Shown in pieces: positions 38,563 through 52,600 of a DNA stretch of 64,000 nucleotides (position 1 is its first letter; each line of letters opens with the position of its first letter). The notes beneath the pieces are model-generated. The model had not been told where the DNA came from, did no database searches, and saw only the letters and a program-made list of their open reading frames with translations. A program made the translations under genes and the position numbers. Source of the stretch: Epiperipatus broadwayi (Eukaryota > Animalia > Onychophora); assembly GCA_028023455.1 (NCBI GenBank), contig JAQFVV010000008.1:186001-250000 (forward strand), written 5' to 3'.

Positions 38563-39939
38563 AATTTTACTTTTTTTAAAAAAAATGTCCAGTTTTATAT
38601 TTTAAAAGTGCATATTTGTACGATATGACAATCTTAATAAACCTGGATTTCAATTAAATGGTCATCAAAACCTTCTGCCAATATTCATCACATTCATTAA
38701 CATTACCACTGTTATGCTTTTTTTAAAAAAAAAATTGATTTCCTTAACTAGCATAAGAAGATAAAAACTTGTAATAATTCTCTGGAATATCAAGTTTAGT
38801 TTACCATAATAATCTTCTAGAAATTATTTTAGTAACTGAAGAATTTTCTTGTAAAGTTAGAAATTTTTTTATGACCAAATTAGATAATCCATCAATTCTT
38901 AGCAAGAAGTTATGCGATTTTATCAATTCTAAATGTACTGATATTGACTCCTTTGAAATAAATCAATACTCAAGGAGGGGAACAATTCACAAACATAAAT
39001 TTGTTATTTGATGTGAATTTTTTTTTTTTTTTTGAAATTATGTGATTATTCTATCTTGACTTATTATGGGGTTCTATGTGGAGTTAGATGGCATATGAGT
39101 TAATGTATATTTTTAATAGTTATCCTTTTTGTAATAAGATATAGACTATGTTTATTAAAAGGTTGCTATATCTATTGGATAATAAATGACAGTCTTATTG
39201 CATAGTGACAAGTTGTTATGCAAAAATTTAAATTCCATTTAGTGATTATTTTCTATTCTATTTTTATAATTATTTGACAATAGCAATGATATTTTCTGTT
39301 ATTTTTGGATTAATAGCCTGTATTATCATTTATATGTTTGCTTATGTATTGAAATATTACATATCTGCATTGATTGATTATAACGTAGCCTTATAGATAA
39401 AACAGAATGATTTATATCCTATTTTGTGTCATCCAGTATCTGCACAAACATACCAGTGCCCTTAAGCAAAGAAAATTCAGGCACCCCCTTATATTGTCTA
39501 TACACAAATATATATATATATCTAAATGTAGATATTTATGAAAATAATATCATTGATATTTTAAGAAAAAATTATATTTAAATGCAAAAGTTATCAAAAA
39601 ATTTTCATGCCTTTGCTTTGGCAATATCGCCAAAACTCTCATAGCAATAAACACATATGGATACTTAATGAACTACTTTTTTTTTTTAATTTGCCTTCTA
39701 TTAATCTTCTATATTCATTTAATTGTAAAATCCTAGTTATAATGTGAGGGTTTAAGTAGCATTTCAATTTAAACATAATTCGGTACTGATTTAGAGTTTG
39801 CCCATGACTAATTTGAATTTTAAGGTCCGCCCAAAACCACCTGACACATCTAAGTGATAAATGACATCAAATAATCCACACATTGTCGCATTATGATTTG
39901 TTACAAACTTGCAATTTACTTCAATAATTAAAAAATTAA

Positions 39940-41202
39940 AGCATAAATTTCATACAACTATGTTTAAAATACTAAAAGCTTATAATTTCTAAAATACAAA
40001 TTTAAAATACTTAAAAAAAGTAAATGAAAAAAATAATGAACATATATTTAAAAGCTACATGTTCAATAAATGTAAAATTGATCAAACCAAGCTTGTAATT
40101 TCTAAAATACAAATTTTATTACAATATAGGCCTATAAGCACATGTTGAAATAATGTAAATGTTGAATAGACATAGCTGCCAAAGCATATTAATTTCTACA
40201 ATTAATAATAAATCCCATTTTATCTTAACACTAGTCAAAAGAATAATTGTCTAAACCTAAAGAATATTAATTTTACAATTAATAAATCAGATTTTTTTCT
40301 TATAAAAGTAATGTTTTGTGCTTCATTTCTCATGTTGTTATTTGGTGATGGATAGATAAAAAGCATCTAAATAAGATTTATTCATTAAATTTCTCAAAGA
40401 TGATAACACAACCTAAGTCAGTGCTTATCTTATTTAAAATCTAATACCTCTTATATTTGAAATAATCAACACATTTGTTAATCGTACAAGTCATTTCGAT
40501 GTTAATAAATAGAAAATTATATAAACAGATTTGTATCTATCTCAAGAGTCCATAAGAACATCATGTGATCAAGTGTAAATCCGATGTCTACGTCAGGAGA
40601 TCAAATGTGAATGCTATTTTTTATCCTTTTTTTTTTTTCTAACTATATGAAACAAACAAAGCATGCAATATCAGTTTCTGGTAAAAAAAAAATAAAAAAT
40701 AGGTTAATTGAAAATATGCTTTATTTCATATAGTTATGAGCATATATGGTAATAAAATTTGTATTTTAAAACTTATAACCTTTTAGTTTTTCAAAATTAT
40801 AAGCTTGGTTTGATCAATTGTACATTATTTCAACATATGGTTATAGGAATATATTGTAATAAAATTTGTATTTTAGAAGTTATAAGCGTTTAGTATTTTG
40901 AAATTATAAGTTTGGCATGATCAGACTTCTGCATTTTTTGGATGATACTTCATATTGTTGAAAACATCCTTCTCCCTCCCTGCATACTTCAGCACTTCAC
41001 ACCATCATCATTGTAATAAAATTCATATTTTAGAAGTTATAAGCTTTTAGTATTATACGGCAATCATCACCATTTTAAATTTTAAGGATGGCCCAAAACC
41101 CCCACTGACACATCTAAATGATCCTGTGTGTATTATTTGGTTCTTTATCACTTGGATATATTAGTGGTGGTATTGGGTGGTCCTTAGAATTCAAAATGGT
41201 GG
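39940..41202. repeat. Foldback/MITE-like inverted repeats
   Basis: 39960-40140 is an imperfect inverted match to 40750-41050 with internal subrepeats. A separate palindromic element at 41068-41202 has an arm that also occurs at ~39820-39870. Confidence 0.6.
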
Positions 41203-44200
41203 GGAGTACTCTAAATGAGTACTTATAATTCTTAATGTTTTTATGCTTAGTGATAAAGGTTGTATATCTCTAAATTTTATCACAGCTATAGAATATTATT
41301 GAAAGCTTTGCTGATTTTTAGAATGCTCTTTCATTCAGAAATTTAGATCTCTGTGAAGATAGTCTTATTTTCTGATTAACTGCAATTTTATTAACAGCAT
41401 CAACATAGATTTTCACTATTGAGATAATGGCACTCTATCATTATATATATATATATATATTAAATCATAAGTGCACATAGTCAAATTAATTATCAGATGT
41501 CAAACATATCATTCCAAACAATGCTTAAAATTAACCAATAGAATATCAGCATTGTTGATATTATATTGGTAATTCTCAAAGAATTAAGTATTTTGCAGTG
41601 ACTATACAAATGAATGCCTGAGCCACAAATATCATTTTTGTCCCTTAATGTTTGAAATCATTTTTTTTTTCTAAAAGATTTCAATATCTTGTATAATCAT
41701 AACCTTTATTGGTAATCTGTCCTAAGCCATATACTTAGAGATCAGTATTGATTGATTTCATTAGAATTTTTTGTCATTCTCCATATATATATATATTAAA
41801 TAATGCCTTGACTTTGATGAATCTACACTTTATTCTACTATCCAATGGATATGCTTTTATTTAAGCTCTTTTTGTTTATTCACAATTAAAGCTCATATTT
41901 GGAAGTTGTTTTATTATTCATTACCTGGACTTGATAGTATATATATATACTTACACATTTATAAAAATCCAATGCTTTAAATTATTTGGAAATTATTATT
42001 TTAAAGCTTTAATATAATATATACAATGAAAACTTGATCCATTATTTTTTAAGGGGATGGATAAAATAAGCAATAGAGAAAATGATAATTTTGGACACTC
42101 ATAAAAAATAAGAATTTTATATTTATTCAATAAATACATGTAAAGTACACCTTATTTTATAATTCAAAACACTTCATAGCTATAGTTTTTATTAAAATAT
42201 ACCAGTAGAATATATTCAATCTGTTGCCGTGGCAGCATTCAGAAAATGGTGCTCCCTTGACAACTGATTGAAGATATTATATCAGTGTATTTTAAACATT
42301 GACTTGAATCATGTGAGTTACATATGATAATCAATTTATTATGTCCATTTGCGGTTTATTAACATTGCTTTGAAAACATTAACAAAAAATGAAAAGATTC
42401 AATAAAAAAGTCATGGTTCAAGATTTTATTAATCTTAAGGATACTACTTTTGCAAATTTGATTTCTGAACCCAAAAGTTTTTTAGAATTAAAACATTTTC
42501 ATTATCTCTACTATATTTTGTGCATATGTAATATATCTATTGTGGAAATATTTTGCTTTCATTAGTGTTCTAAGAAAGTTGGGTAATACACCTTCAAATT
42601 TACCATCATTTTTTATTTAATAAATATACAGTAATAAAATTAAATTGGAACAATAAATGAAAATGATACATGAGTTATGTGCAAAAATGTTTCCACTGAA
42701 TTAAAAATTAAATGAAGCATCATTCAACATTCCCAAGTCTTCATTTGGCCCAAAGAAAGAATGAATAGCAATGAGTAGTTGTTTCAATTTTTTAAAACAA
42801 ATTATAGGACTATAATTAGTGACTAATGTGATAGAAGTTCAAAGAATAATGGATCTGAATTTGCAATAATGGGTGGAGATATCAATTACCTAAATTTAAA
42901 TCCTTCATGAAATAAAACAAATTCTATGCTTTACATTATAAACTTTGGTGAATTCTTTTATATCTCCATATAGCTGTAATATATTGCTAATAAAAACTTA
43001 GGAAAATTGTAATATAAGATAGAACAGATATTTAAAAAATGATATATTCATAGAAGTTATTACTGGACAAGACAAATATTACAAAGTTCCAAATATTTTG
43101 GATAAATGTAACTTGAATTGGAAACATGAGATTAGTATGGGAAAAATTTATTAAAAGATATCAGAAAATTTTTTTTTATTAGTTATTAGAATTCTGTATT
43201 CAGTAAACTATATATAACATTGTATTTCTACAGCTTTAATACAATTGAATTAGACTAATATGTTGCATCAGGACCATAATCTGTCAATGATAGTGTGATA
43301 AAGCAAGTTTGAAGAATGATGAATCCAAGGAAAAAGAATACTTTTTTATGAAACCAAAGTAAACAAATGATATTTATATTATGGTTTTGCTTGAACATAG
43401 TTCAAAAAATTCCAGTGAATTTCTTATCTCGACTAAACTTGTTTTATTCAGAATCAAAATGGAATAGGAAAATAAGAGTCAAGTTTTAAAAAATATTTTT
43501 TAAAATTAAGGTGTCGTCATCGTCCCCCTTATTTGGATGTATTCTTTTCAACTTTTAATACTTGTCTTGGTTCAATGTGAACTGCATCATTTTTTTTTTC
43601 ATAAATAAGTCACTTTTGTTAAGCATTCATATAAAAAATAACGTTCATCTGATCATTACTAAAAAAAAATGCTCTTCTAGTTTGCAGTTACAACATAATT
43701 TATCATATCAAAATTAATTTGATCAAATCAGATAATTGGACTAAAAATTAAGCTGATGGAATTACAAATATTTTTTAAACCCATTCAAAAAGCGTTATAA
43801 AGTACTTGTATAATTATATTAGTAGAAAATTATAAAACATTTGTATAATTATTTTTAATAGAAATTATTTTAAAATTATTAAAAAAAAGGGAATATTTCT
43901 GAAAGCTTTTGAAACAAAATCTTTTGAGAATTCAATGGACAGGATAGAAAAAAAAATTAAGTATGGATATTTGAACAAATTATATCTGTAATTTTTGGTT
44001 GAAGCACAAATTATCCTATTTTAATCACGAGATATGATCAATATATAAATTGGATACAAGCATTTCTTTTCATTTTATTCCTAATTGTTTAACTAAATCA
44101 AGTAAAAATCAAAATAAATTTATTAATTATTGAAGTTGTACTAAGCTTAGAAAGAAAAATGGAGACGCTATCATGAGATGATTTGTTTCACAAGAAAACT

Positions 44201-45149
44201 ACAATATTTGGGAAAGTTGATGAAATAGAATGATAATCAATGAATTGGATAAACTCCATCATAATCAATATTCATTTGAATAGTCTGAAAAACTAAGCAG
44301 ATGATAGGTTATTTTGGAGAAATGCTATCATATAATTATCAGATGTCAGTATGATGCCACCTACTAATAACTATAAATAATTTGAGTGGTGTTTCCATCC
44401 CAGTTGGACTATTTATAAATAGATATATTTTATCATGAAATTTTTACAAATTCAATTATGTATTTTTCATATACAAACATTATATATACATACTCAAATT
44501 GTAATAAAGGTAAAATAAAAATGGTATTGTAGTAACAAGTCTATTGGTTATAAATGTATATTTTATAAATGTTAAATATTAGATGTCATATAGTATAAGC
44601 TTAATTTTTCAATATTGATAAATGATACTTACAAAATAGAAATTGGTATACCTCCTCATTTTAAAGTTAAATGGATATTCTTAAGAATATTGTGTACACG
44701 TTCTATATATAATAATTAATATTTAAATAAATTAAAGATTAAATAATAATTTTCATATAATGAATATTTATTTAGAAGCAATATTATAGATCTGTAATAT
44801 ACGTGTGGGATCATTAAACAAACCCAATCCCACTAGGATGGAATCGAAAGGTTCAATATAAATTGGCAAATGCTATGAAGTTCTCTAGTACCACACACAC
44901 AACCTAAAAGCTTTTCTTTAATGAAATATGAGTATTATACAATCATAGATGCAATATCTGAAAAGACTCTTAAACTTGAAGTATTATATAAAAAAAATTA
45001 ATATTTCTGATTATCACTTACGATACATTAAAAAAAAAAAAAGATTGCTAATTGCAACAGCTTTAAACAATGTAATAAAATTTAATGAAAGTTATTATAG
45101 CAAAGTAATAATTTCTCAAATACTTAATACTTTTAATAGCCTCAGGGTG

Positions 45150-45430
45150 GCCTTTGAGCATTCCATCATCAGATTTTCAATTGGATGGACGGTTGAAGAG
45201 TTGGAGTGGATTGAAGCCTGTCCATTAAAGTATGAGGATTGGTTATCTTAATATATATCTGAGCACTTATGGCATATATGTATAGAGATGGTAATCTGGA
45301 CCAATTGATTGCTGGTTTAGCATGCAATACATATATTGGTGATTATTTATCTTTTCAACATGTGTTCGAGTGTATTAGTGGTATGAGATAGTGTGGAGAG
45401 TGGTGGATCGTGTGAAAGTCTGTGCTCATA
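45150..45430 (+). repeat. Older partial family-X unit with decayed hammerhead (45290-45347)
   Basis: Colinear with 26680-26960; ACCAA TTGAT TGCTGGTTTAGCAT GCAA TACATATA TTGGT. Confidence 0.85.
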
Positions 45431-45705
45431 TAGGGTATATATTACATATATAAACACAGGTATATAATAAGCCTGTGTGTTTCAGTTATTCAAATACTTT
45501 TAAAGAAAATAATTTCAACAGAAACTAAAAAAAAATTTGCGGGATGATATAGTGTGGAGAGTGATGGGTCGTGTGAAAGTCTGTGCTCATATACCCTATA
45601 TATTACACATATAAACACAGGTGTATAATAAGCCTGTGTGTTTTAGTTATTCAAATACTTTTAATGAAAATAATTTCAACAGAAAGTAAAAAAAAAAAAA
45701 ACGTT
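45388..45705. repeat. 161-bp tandem duplication
   Basis: ATAGTGTGGAGAG..CAACAGAAA begins at 45388 and at 45549. Confidence 0.9.
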
Positions 45706-46499
45706 ACTTTTAACTAAATAAAAATATTTGCATTTTTGAAGCGTCTTTAATATTTTTTAAAACTGTAAACAATTATTTTTTAAAATTTAAAAAAAAAAAG
45801 TGGATATAATTACAATGCATCATACTTCAATAAAAGATAGTTTATTAAGATATGCAATGGATTTCAATGTGATGACTTTTTCATGAGGATTCATTGATTG
45901 CTCTTTCCAAATGCAAAAAAATGAAATAAGGCATAGATTTTCTTAGACCAAGATAAAAACTTATCTTGGTCTCAGTAAAATATTTTCAAGTGGAAAGGTT
46001 CCTTGTATGGCGAATTGTTTGGGCTCCCATGTGTTATCACAAATATCAGACACAATATAAAATAGTAAAAAACTTTTGGTTACACACACACAAAACCCTA
46101 CTGAATTTTTAACACAAAGGTATGGGGGCATGATTATTATGCAGTTAACATACCTATTAAATACTAATGAATGGTTTGCTTAAACTACCAACAGTTTGTA
46201 CTTATATACCGGAATGACTAGATATGAAAGTTAACTGAATAATCAATAAAACTTTGGTGCCTGACCAAGAATATCCACTAATAGCCTTGCAAAATGCTAG
46301 TTCATCAAAGACTTTTCTGCCTCCCCATTTCTTTTGTCTTCATTCATTTAAGATAATCAGTTGTCATCTCCCTACATTTGACTATGATAGTGGGGGTCAT
46401 CTTTGTACAACACACATTCTTTAGTCATATGCACATTGTAACTAAAATTCCTTTTTTCATTTTTTAACTAAACTTCTCAAAAATTGATGAGTCCGGTTA

Positions 46500-47900
46500 A
46501 AACTAAATGATAGAAGTTTCAGCTGAACAGATTGTGTTTAGGCAGTTATATTTAGGGATCTCTCTACCTACCATAAAAATAAGACCTAGAAAATGTGTTT
46601 AGGCATGCAGTCTCAGCAAAGTCGTTGCATTACTATTCCTGGTGGATTACTCGCAGAAGCAATAGAAACAATTATTACCTATGGTAATTGCAAAGCAGTC
46701 AATAGTTTTTTTCAAAATGTAGGTACTCTGAATAAACAAATGTTTCTTGATATAAACTCAAGATCTGAAGCATTGGTAGCAGATAATAAAACTAGCCTTC
46801 CAGAATATGAAAATTTTAATAGAACAGCTAACTGGTTAAATTTTTTTGAAGGGAGAAATCAATTAACAATAGAACTAGATTTGGATAGAGTTTTAGCTTT
46901 GCAAAGATTATATATTTAGGCTGCCCTATTCAGGGACTATCAATGCCTACCACAGGTGGGGATTTTAAAATGTCCATACACATGATCTCAGCCAATGATT
47001 GCAATTATTCACTGAAGCAATAGAAATAATCATATCAGTAAAAATGGCAAAACAAGAAACGATAGTGCTAAAGGTTTTTGTCTTCAAAATACATGTGAAC
47101 CAGATGACTGCAAAATTTTTTAAAAAGCAAATCAGCTAGTGAAATGAGAATACATTGTATTGGATTTTGCTGTAAAGTTCAATTTACCCTACCTTAATTT
47201 TTTCCTGATATATCAATGAAATGTATGCAATGATAACTGGCTCTTCATTAGTGTAAATGTTCCATTAGATTCGGAGAAAAATTTTAAACTTATTGGATAC
47301 CATTATTATAGCAATATCTTTTTTTTTTGCTTCTTAGAGACATGTACATCTTAATACTAATAGCAAATTTTGGCCAAAAGTTGGAAATAATGATAAATTG
47401 GTCATCACAAATATCTGTTTAGAGAGAAAAATCATTACAAAAACATTGATCTATCGTGGCTCAAATTAATGGCATTCAATAATTAGATTACAATTATGGA
47501 CAAGAATTCAAGTGTGTATTATATGATCTCTTACAACTGGTGTTCAACCTGCAATGATAGTGAAGACACAATTGTACACCTGGTCGAAGAGTGTAGAACA
47601 TCTAAACAAATAAAGATAAAAGTATTCAAAACTCCAATCATTAATCTAAAAGATATGATTAACAAACATATCAAGAGATTTAATTCACACAATGCTATGT
47701 TACTTATCCACACAATTAGAATATGGGAAATAAGATGTTCACTAATATTTGACAATAAAAAATATAATTGGATAAAAAAAACTTGATAAAGGATGGGATA
47801 AATACTTCAAACAATGCTTAAAATACTTACCAAGAAAACAAATGATCAAAATCTAGAGAGGAACAGTACCTACAGCATGCAAAATATGTAAATAGGTAAT
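46500..47900 (+). mobile_element. Decayed L1/Tx1-like LINE 3' region
   Basis: ORF 47496-47786 contains CSTCNDSEDTIVHLVEEC and IWEIRCSLIFDNK, typical of the L1/Tx1 C-terminus. The upstream limit is uncertain. Confidence 0.7.
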
Positions 47901-48149
47901 TTTATGAAAAGATGATGTGCATTAAACAAAGGCATAATAGCAACCAACCAAAGATAAAATTAAGACAGACCAATAAGAAACAAAGTACAACACCTACTTA
48001 CTAACATCCACTTATCAAGATAAAGACAAATATAAGGATATATATTTTATTAATATAACGTATAAATTGTAAGTAATCAAAAACAAAGATTAAAAAAAAT
48101 AACTAAAACCTTTTTAAATATGTATATATTGTTTAATAAAGGCAAATAC

Positions 48150-49600
48150 TTAAAATAAATTAGTACATTTAAAGATATTCTATTCGCAAGTGCTGTTATT
48201 TCTTTAGAATTATCTATCTATTATTCGTGCCATTTTTCAACAGCTATTAAACACAAATTTGGACATTCTCTTAAGGAATGTATTATGGAGACAACTATAT
48301 TGCTTTTTTCTGACAATGATCTTATAATTAGAGAATTGATTATAGAATTTCAAGCTCCATACTCAGTACGGAAATTTATTGACAAAAGTTCAATAACTAG
48401 GGATTTAAAAATGATTGGACTAAAACCTGAAAGGAACTATAGGCAATGAAAGCAACATATGGATCTGGAAAATGTATTATAATCCTATTAAATCCATCAA
48501 TGACATTGTTGGATACTTTGAGGAGATTGAAAATGTATTTTTGATCATGTTTTTAATCACAATTGAAATGGTGACTAATGATATCCTTTTTTATTTTATT
48601 TGGGCAGATATTCAGCTTAGTAAATTTAAAACAGCTCTTTATAATCTTAATAATGAAAGGGTCATAATTCCTAATGATAAGTTTTTAAAAATATGGAAAG
48701 ATGTTGGATTTAAATCTATTGAAATTTTTTAGAAATATATAGATTTATGAAGTTATGCCACCTAATCTTAAGGTCAATTCTATTCCAATTTTTAAAAATA
48801 CAAGTCAAGGTTGTACTAGTTATGAAATAGTTATTCATTAAGTACTTTCAAGAACTCTGTTGAATAGGTTGTATGCAGTTATAAACATTAGACTTAATAT
48901 GGTTTTAGAGAATCAACTACCATAAAGTTTTTGTTGCAGAGAAATGGAAGAAGTATCAAAAGGAGAAATGATTTATATAGTTTTTTGTTATTTGATCAAG
49001 GCATTTAACTAAATTAATCGAACCAATCTGATAGTTTGAAAATGGGTTGTCAATCAAAGTTTTCATAATATACAGCTTTTAAATGGAATGACTTTTGGAA
49101 AAAATTTGGACATTAAATGGTGTGTACTTGTTTCAATATTGTTTCTGATTTTTATGATCTTCAGTAATGTTGATAGGTGACTTAATGAATCCATGATAAA
49201 GATAGATAGTTATGATGGTGGAATTTTAAATTTGATTAAATGTAAAAAACAAAAACATTTTCTTAAGATTTAATATGCTGATGCTTGATGTATTTGCCAA
49301 TTTAAGACAAATTACAAAATTTTGAATGTAACATATGGACCGTTTTAAAAATCAATATTTAAAAAATTAGTAATGTTATCAGCCAACGATGAGATAAGGC
49401 TTATAAATTATAGCTAGGATGATTATCACCTTGAAAATTATATCAATTTGAATATTTTTAAATTAGAAAAATGGACTAAGATATGGGGGTCCATTTTAGA
49501 CTACAATGTGAAGCTGCTTTTAACACATTAAATTATTTGTATACAAAGCTATTATTTTACCTAATTTATCGTGGACCCAAATTACTGAGTAACACGAGCC
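48150..49600 (+). mobile_element. Highly decayed LINE RT region
   Basis: IPIFK-like (~48780), KAF-like (~49000) and YAD-like (~49275) remnants in the expected order; many stops. Confidence 0.45.
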
Positions 49601-52600
49601 ATTAAAAATATTTCATTTAAGAATGCTCTATAAAATTCTAAAATATCAATCAATATGTTCAATTTATTGGGTATGATAATATAAAGTTCACTATTATAAA
49701 TCATATTTTCTTTGGACATTATAGTGAACATGAGAATGACTTTTATAGAAGAGGCAGCCAACCTTGTTATAATTGAAATAATTTTTAATAAGTTCAAAAT
49801 TGACTTTTTCATTGAGGAGATATAGCTGAAGATAGAATACATTCGAGGGCAACAATGGTGCAGTATTTCAGAAAGAAAAAGACAGCTTCACAAAATATCA
49901 ATCTGAATAATGGACTAGTATGTTCTATATGTGGATGTATTTGTTTTATAATTAGTTTGTATAGTCAACACAAAATTCATCTTTTTTCCTTTTAATGGTC
50001 ATACTTGTTTACAAATGGCTGGTGATGGTGGCAAAGAATAATTATAATAGTTTTGTGCTACCCCTAACATAAATAAATTTCCAAAACAATTCAATGTTCA
50101 GTTGCCAATACTAACAAATTAATAAAATGTGCAACTACATATTATATAAATAGGGAAAATAATGTTATGGGAATTATTATTTAAAAATTTAGCATATAAA
50201 TAGCTATAAAGAAATTTTGTTATTTGTTTGATATCTGCTACCTGTAGATTAGACATGCTTACATGTATGACTCTGGAATAGCTGTGAAAAATTGATTACT
50301 ACTGACAATGTATATTTTTCGTTTTTATTCAAACAATTTTAATTTAATTTTTTTTTTCAAAGTTATCACTCTTAACAAACTATTTAATTAAATTTATAAC
50401 AAATTGTGCTTGCAGTCTATCCAAAAGCAGAGATAATTAGAAACTAATGTTTTCATCACTATTACATTAGCAATAGTTTGTGATTTCTAGTCCTATTTTA
50501 ATTCTTTTTTAATCATATTATAAAATAAATCTTTGTGTAATAGGAAAGTCTTACCTGTATTGAACTGTAATTATACAGTTTTTTCCCTTTTCTTTTCATG
50601 TGAATGGCTGTTAGTCGGACAACTTAAAAACATTAATGTTATCTAAAAAGTTAATTATTTAAATATTCAAAACTTTTATGTTTCTATTTTTTTTTTGTTG
50701 ATATCATAATTATATAAATATGTATGTAATAAATATTCAGATTTTAATTGTTCTTTTTTTTTATATAATAAACTTATATTAATGTAAACCTACAACAAAT
50801 TTTTTTCTTTCAATGTGTCAACATTCAGTAAAATCCACAGAAAATCCTAATATTGTAAAAGATAGTTTAGAATCATTGTATGAAATTACTTTTTTACATA
50901 TTAACTATATTCCTAAATCCAAAAATTTGAAAATTTCTATTTTTATAATACTTTAAAGTCACCGTCAAAGCAAGAACATTCATGGATGAAAAAAAATATT
51001 AAAAAATCAAATCAAAATGCGTTCATTCCTTATGCTATGGAAATATTTGTAATATATATTGACTATCAACTCTACACAATAACCAAAAAATTCGCAATTC
51101 TACACTAAAGGTTAATTTTCAAACAAATAAGAACTGAAAAAATATTCAACAATGCATTGTATTATTTTCAGAAAGAACTTTAAAAAAAAAGATAATGCAA
51201 ACAATTGAAATTAATGATGCAAAAGCAAATATAGGCTATCAGAATTAGGGGTGAGTGAATGAGAAGTCATAGAAAAAATATTTTTATTATGAAGTAACAA
51301 AATATGTTGCATAAGTATGTACACATTTCAGTTTACTTTTAAAAAGGCCGTATAAAGATACAAAATGTAAAAGCTATTAAAAAAAAATACCAATGTTTTA
51401 ATCGGCAGGGGATATTTGAGAAAACAAAAACATTTAATACAGGTAAATGCCCACTAATATGCATGTCGAATATCCAATCAGTCATAAAGTGAAAAACATG
51501 AGCACCATAATTACAAAATCTACTGATGTGGCAAAATACCTAAAGGTGCTTCCAAATGATTTAGGTCACTGAAGTAATTAATAAACAGCCCATGTTATTA
51601 AAGTTGTATCTTCAATAAATAAAAAAAAATGTCATAAATTAATTATTTGCAGCATTATCTCTAAAGCATATGCCCACATCATAATAAAATGGATGTTTCA
51701 ACTTAATACTAAAACATAAATAGACATTTAAGTAGTTATTTAACTAGATGATCAAATTAGTCAGCCACAACATAAAAAAAAAAAATGTGAAGAAAATTGA
51801 GCTCCACTAAACACACAAAATACACAGAAATGTTAGAAGTTGGAAGAATTGTTCTGAAATCACCAAATTTGATTTCTGGTATTCCAGTCCATAAGCTTAA
51901 ATATACTGGGCAAAAAAAAAAACTCCCAATATTTAAGGTAAAAGCAAACAAAGACAGATAGCAAATTTGAATGATATATTAGTTATGAAAAAGTATATTT
52001 AAATTATAAATAGAAAGATAAATTTTACATTTTATCTATTTTTTGTGTGATATGAACAAATATTTCAAGAATGAATATTGTACTAATCCTAAAATTTACT
52101 ACAGAATTGTTTTTGACAAATCATCACTAATAGATACATAAATTATTTAACAATATTTTCTTTATTGTTATTTGTTGAAAATATGGCACCTAATACATTA
52201 TATTTGTGCTCTAATTTAATCAACTTTAAAAAATTAAATCCACTAGTATTGATATTTATTTATGAATAGACATAACTATTTACAAACATTTAACAGTATG
52301 AACACAATACATTTAATAAAACATGTAATTGTAAATGTTAGCAAAATTTTTAAGAAGAAATAGCATTTTAATAACTGTTTCAGTTCCCAAAATATATAGA
52401 TCTGTTCTTGAAAATGTATAATACCATTCTTATTAATATATACATATATATTTAGAGCAGCAATTTGTTTGGCTAAAATAAATATCAAAATCAATTTTTT
52501 TTAAATGTTTGAATAGAAATATGTATATGTACATAATATATAAGCACTAACACACTTTTAACAATTTATTGGTAATTCTGAAAAATGTAAATTCCCAAAT

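Noticed and set aside
51757-52494. Short minus-strand ORFs downstream of ATP6V0C
   Set aside because: No recognisable homology or splice context; consistent with chance ORFs in AT-rich UTR-like sequence.
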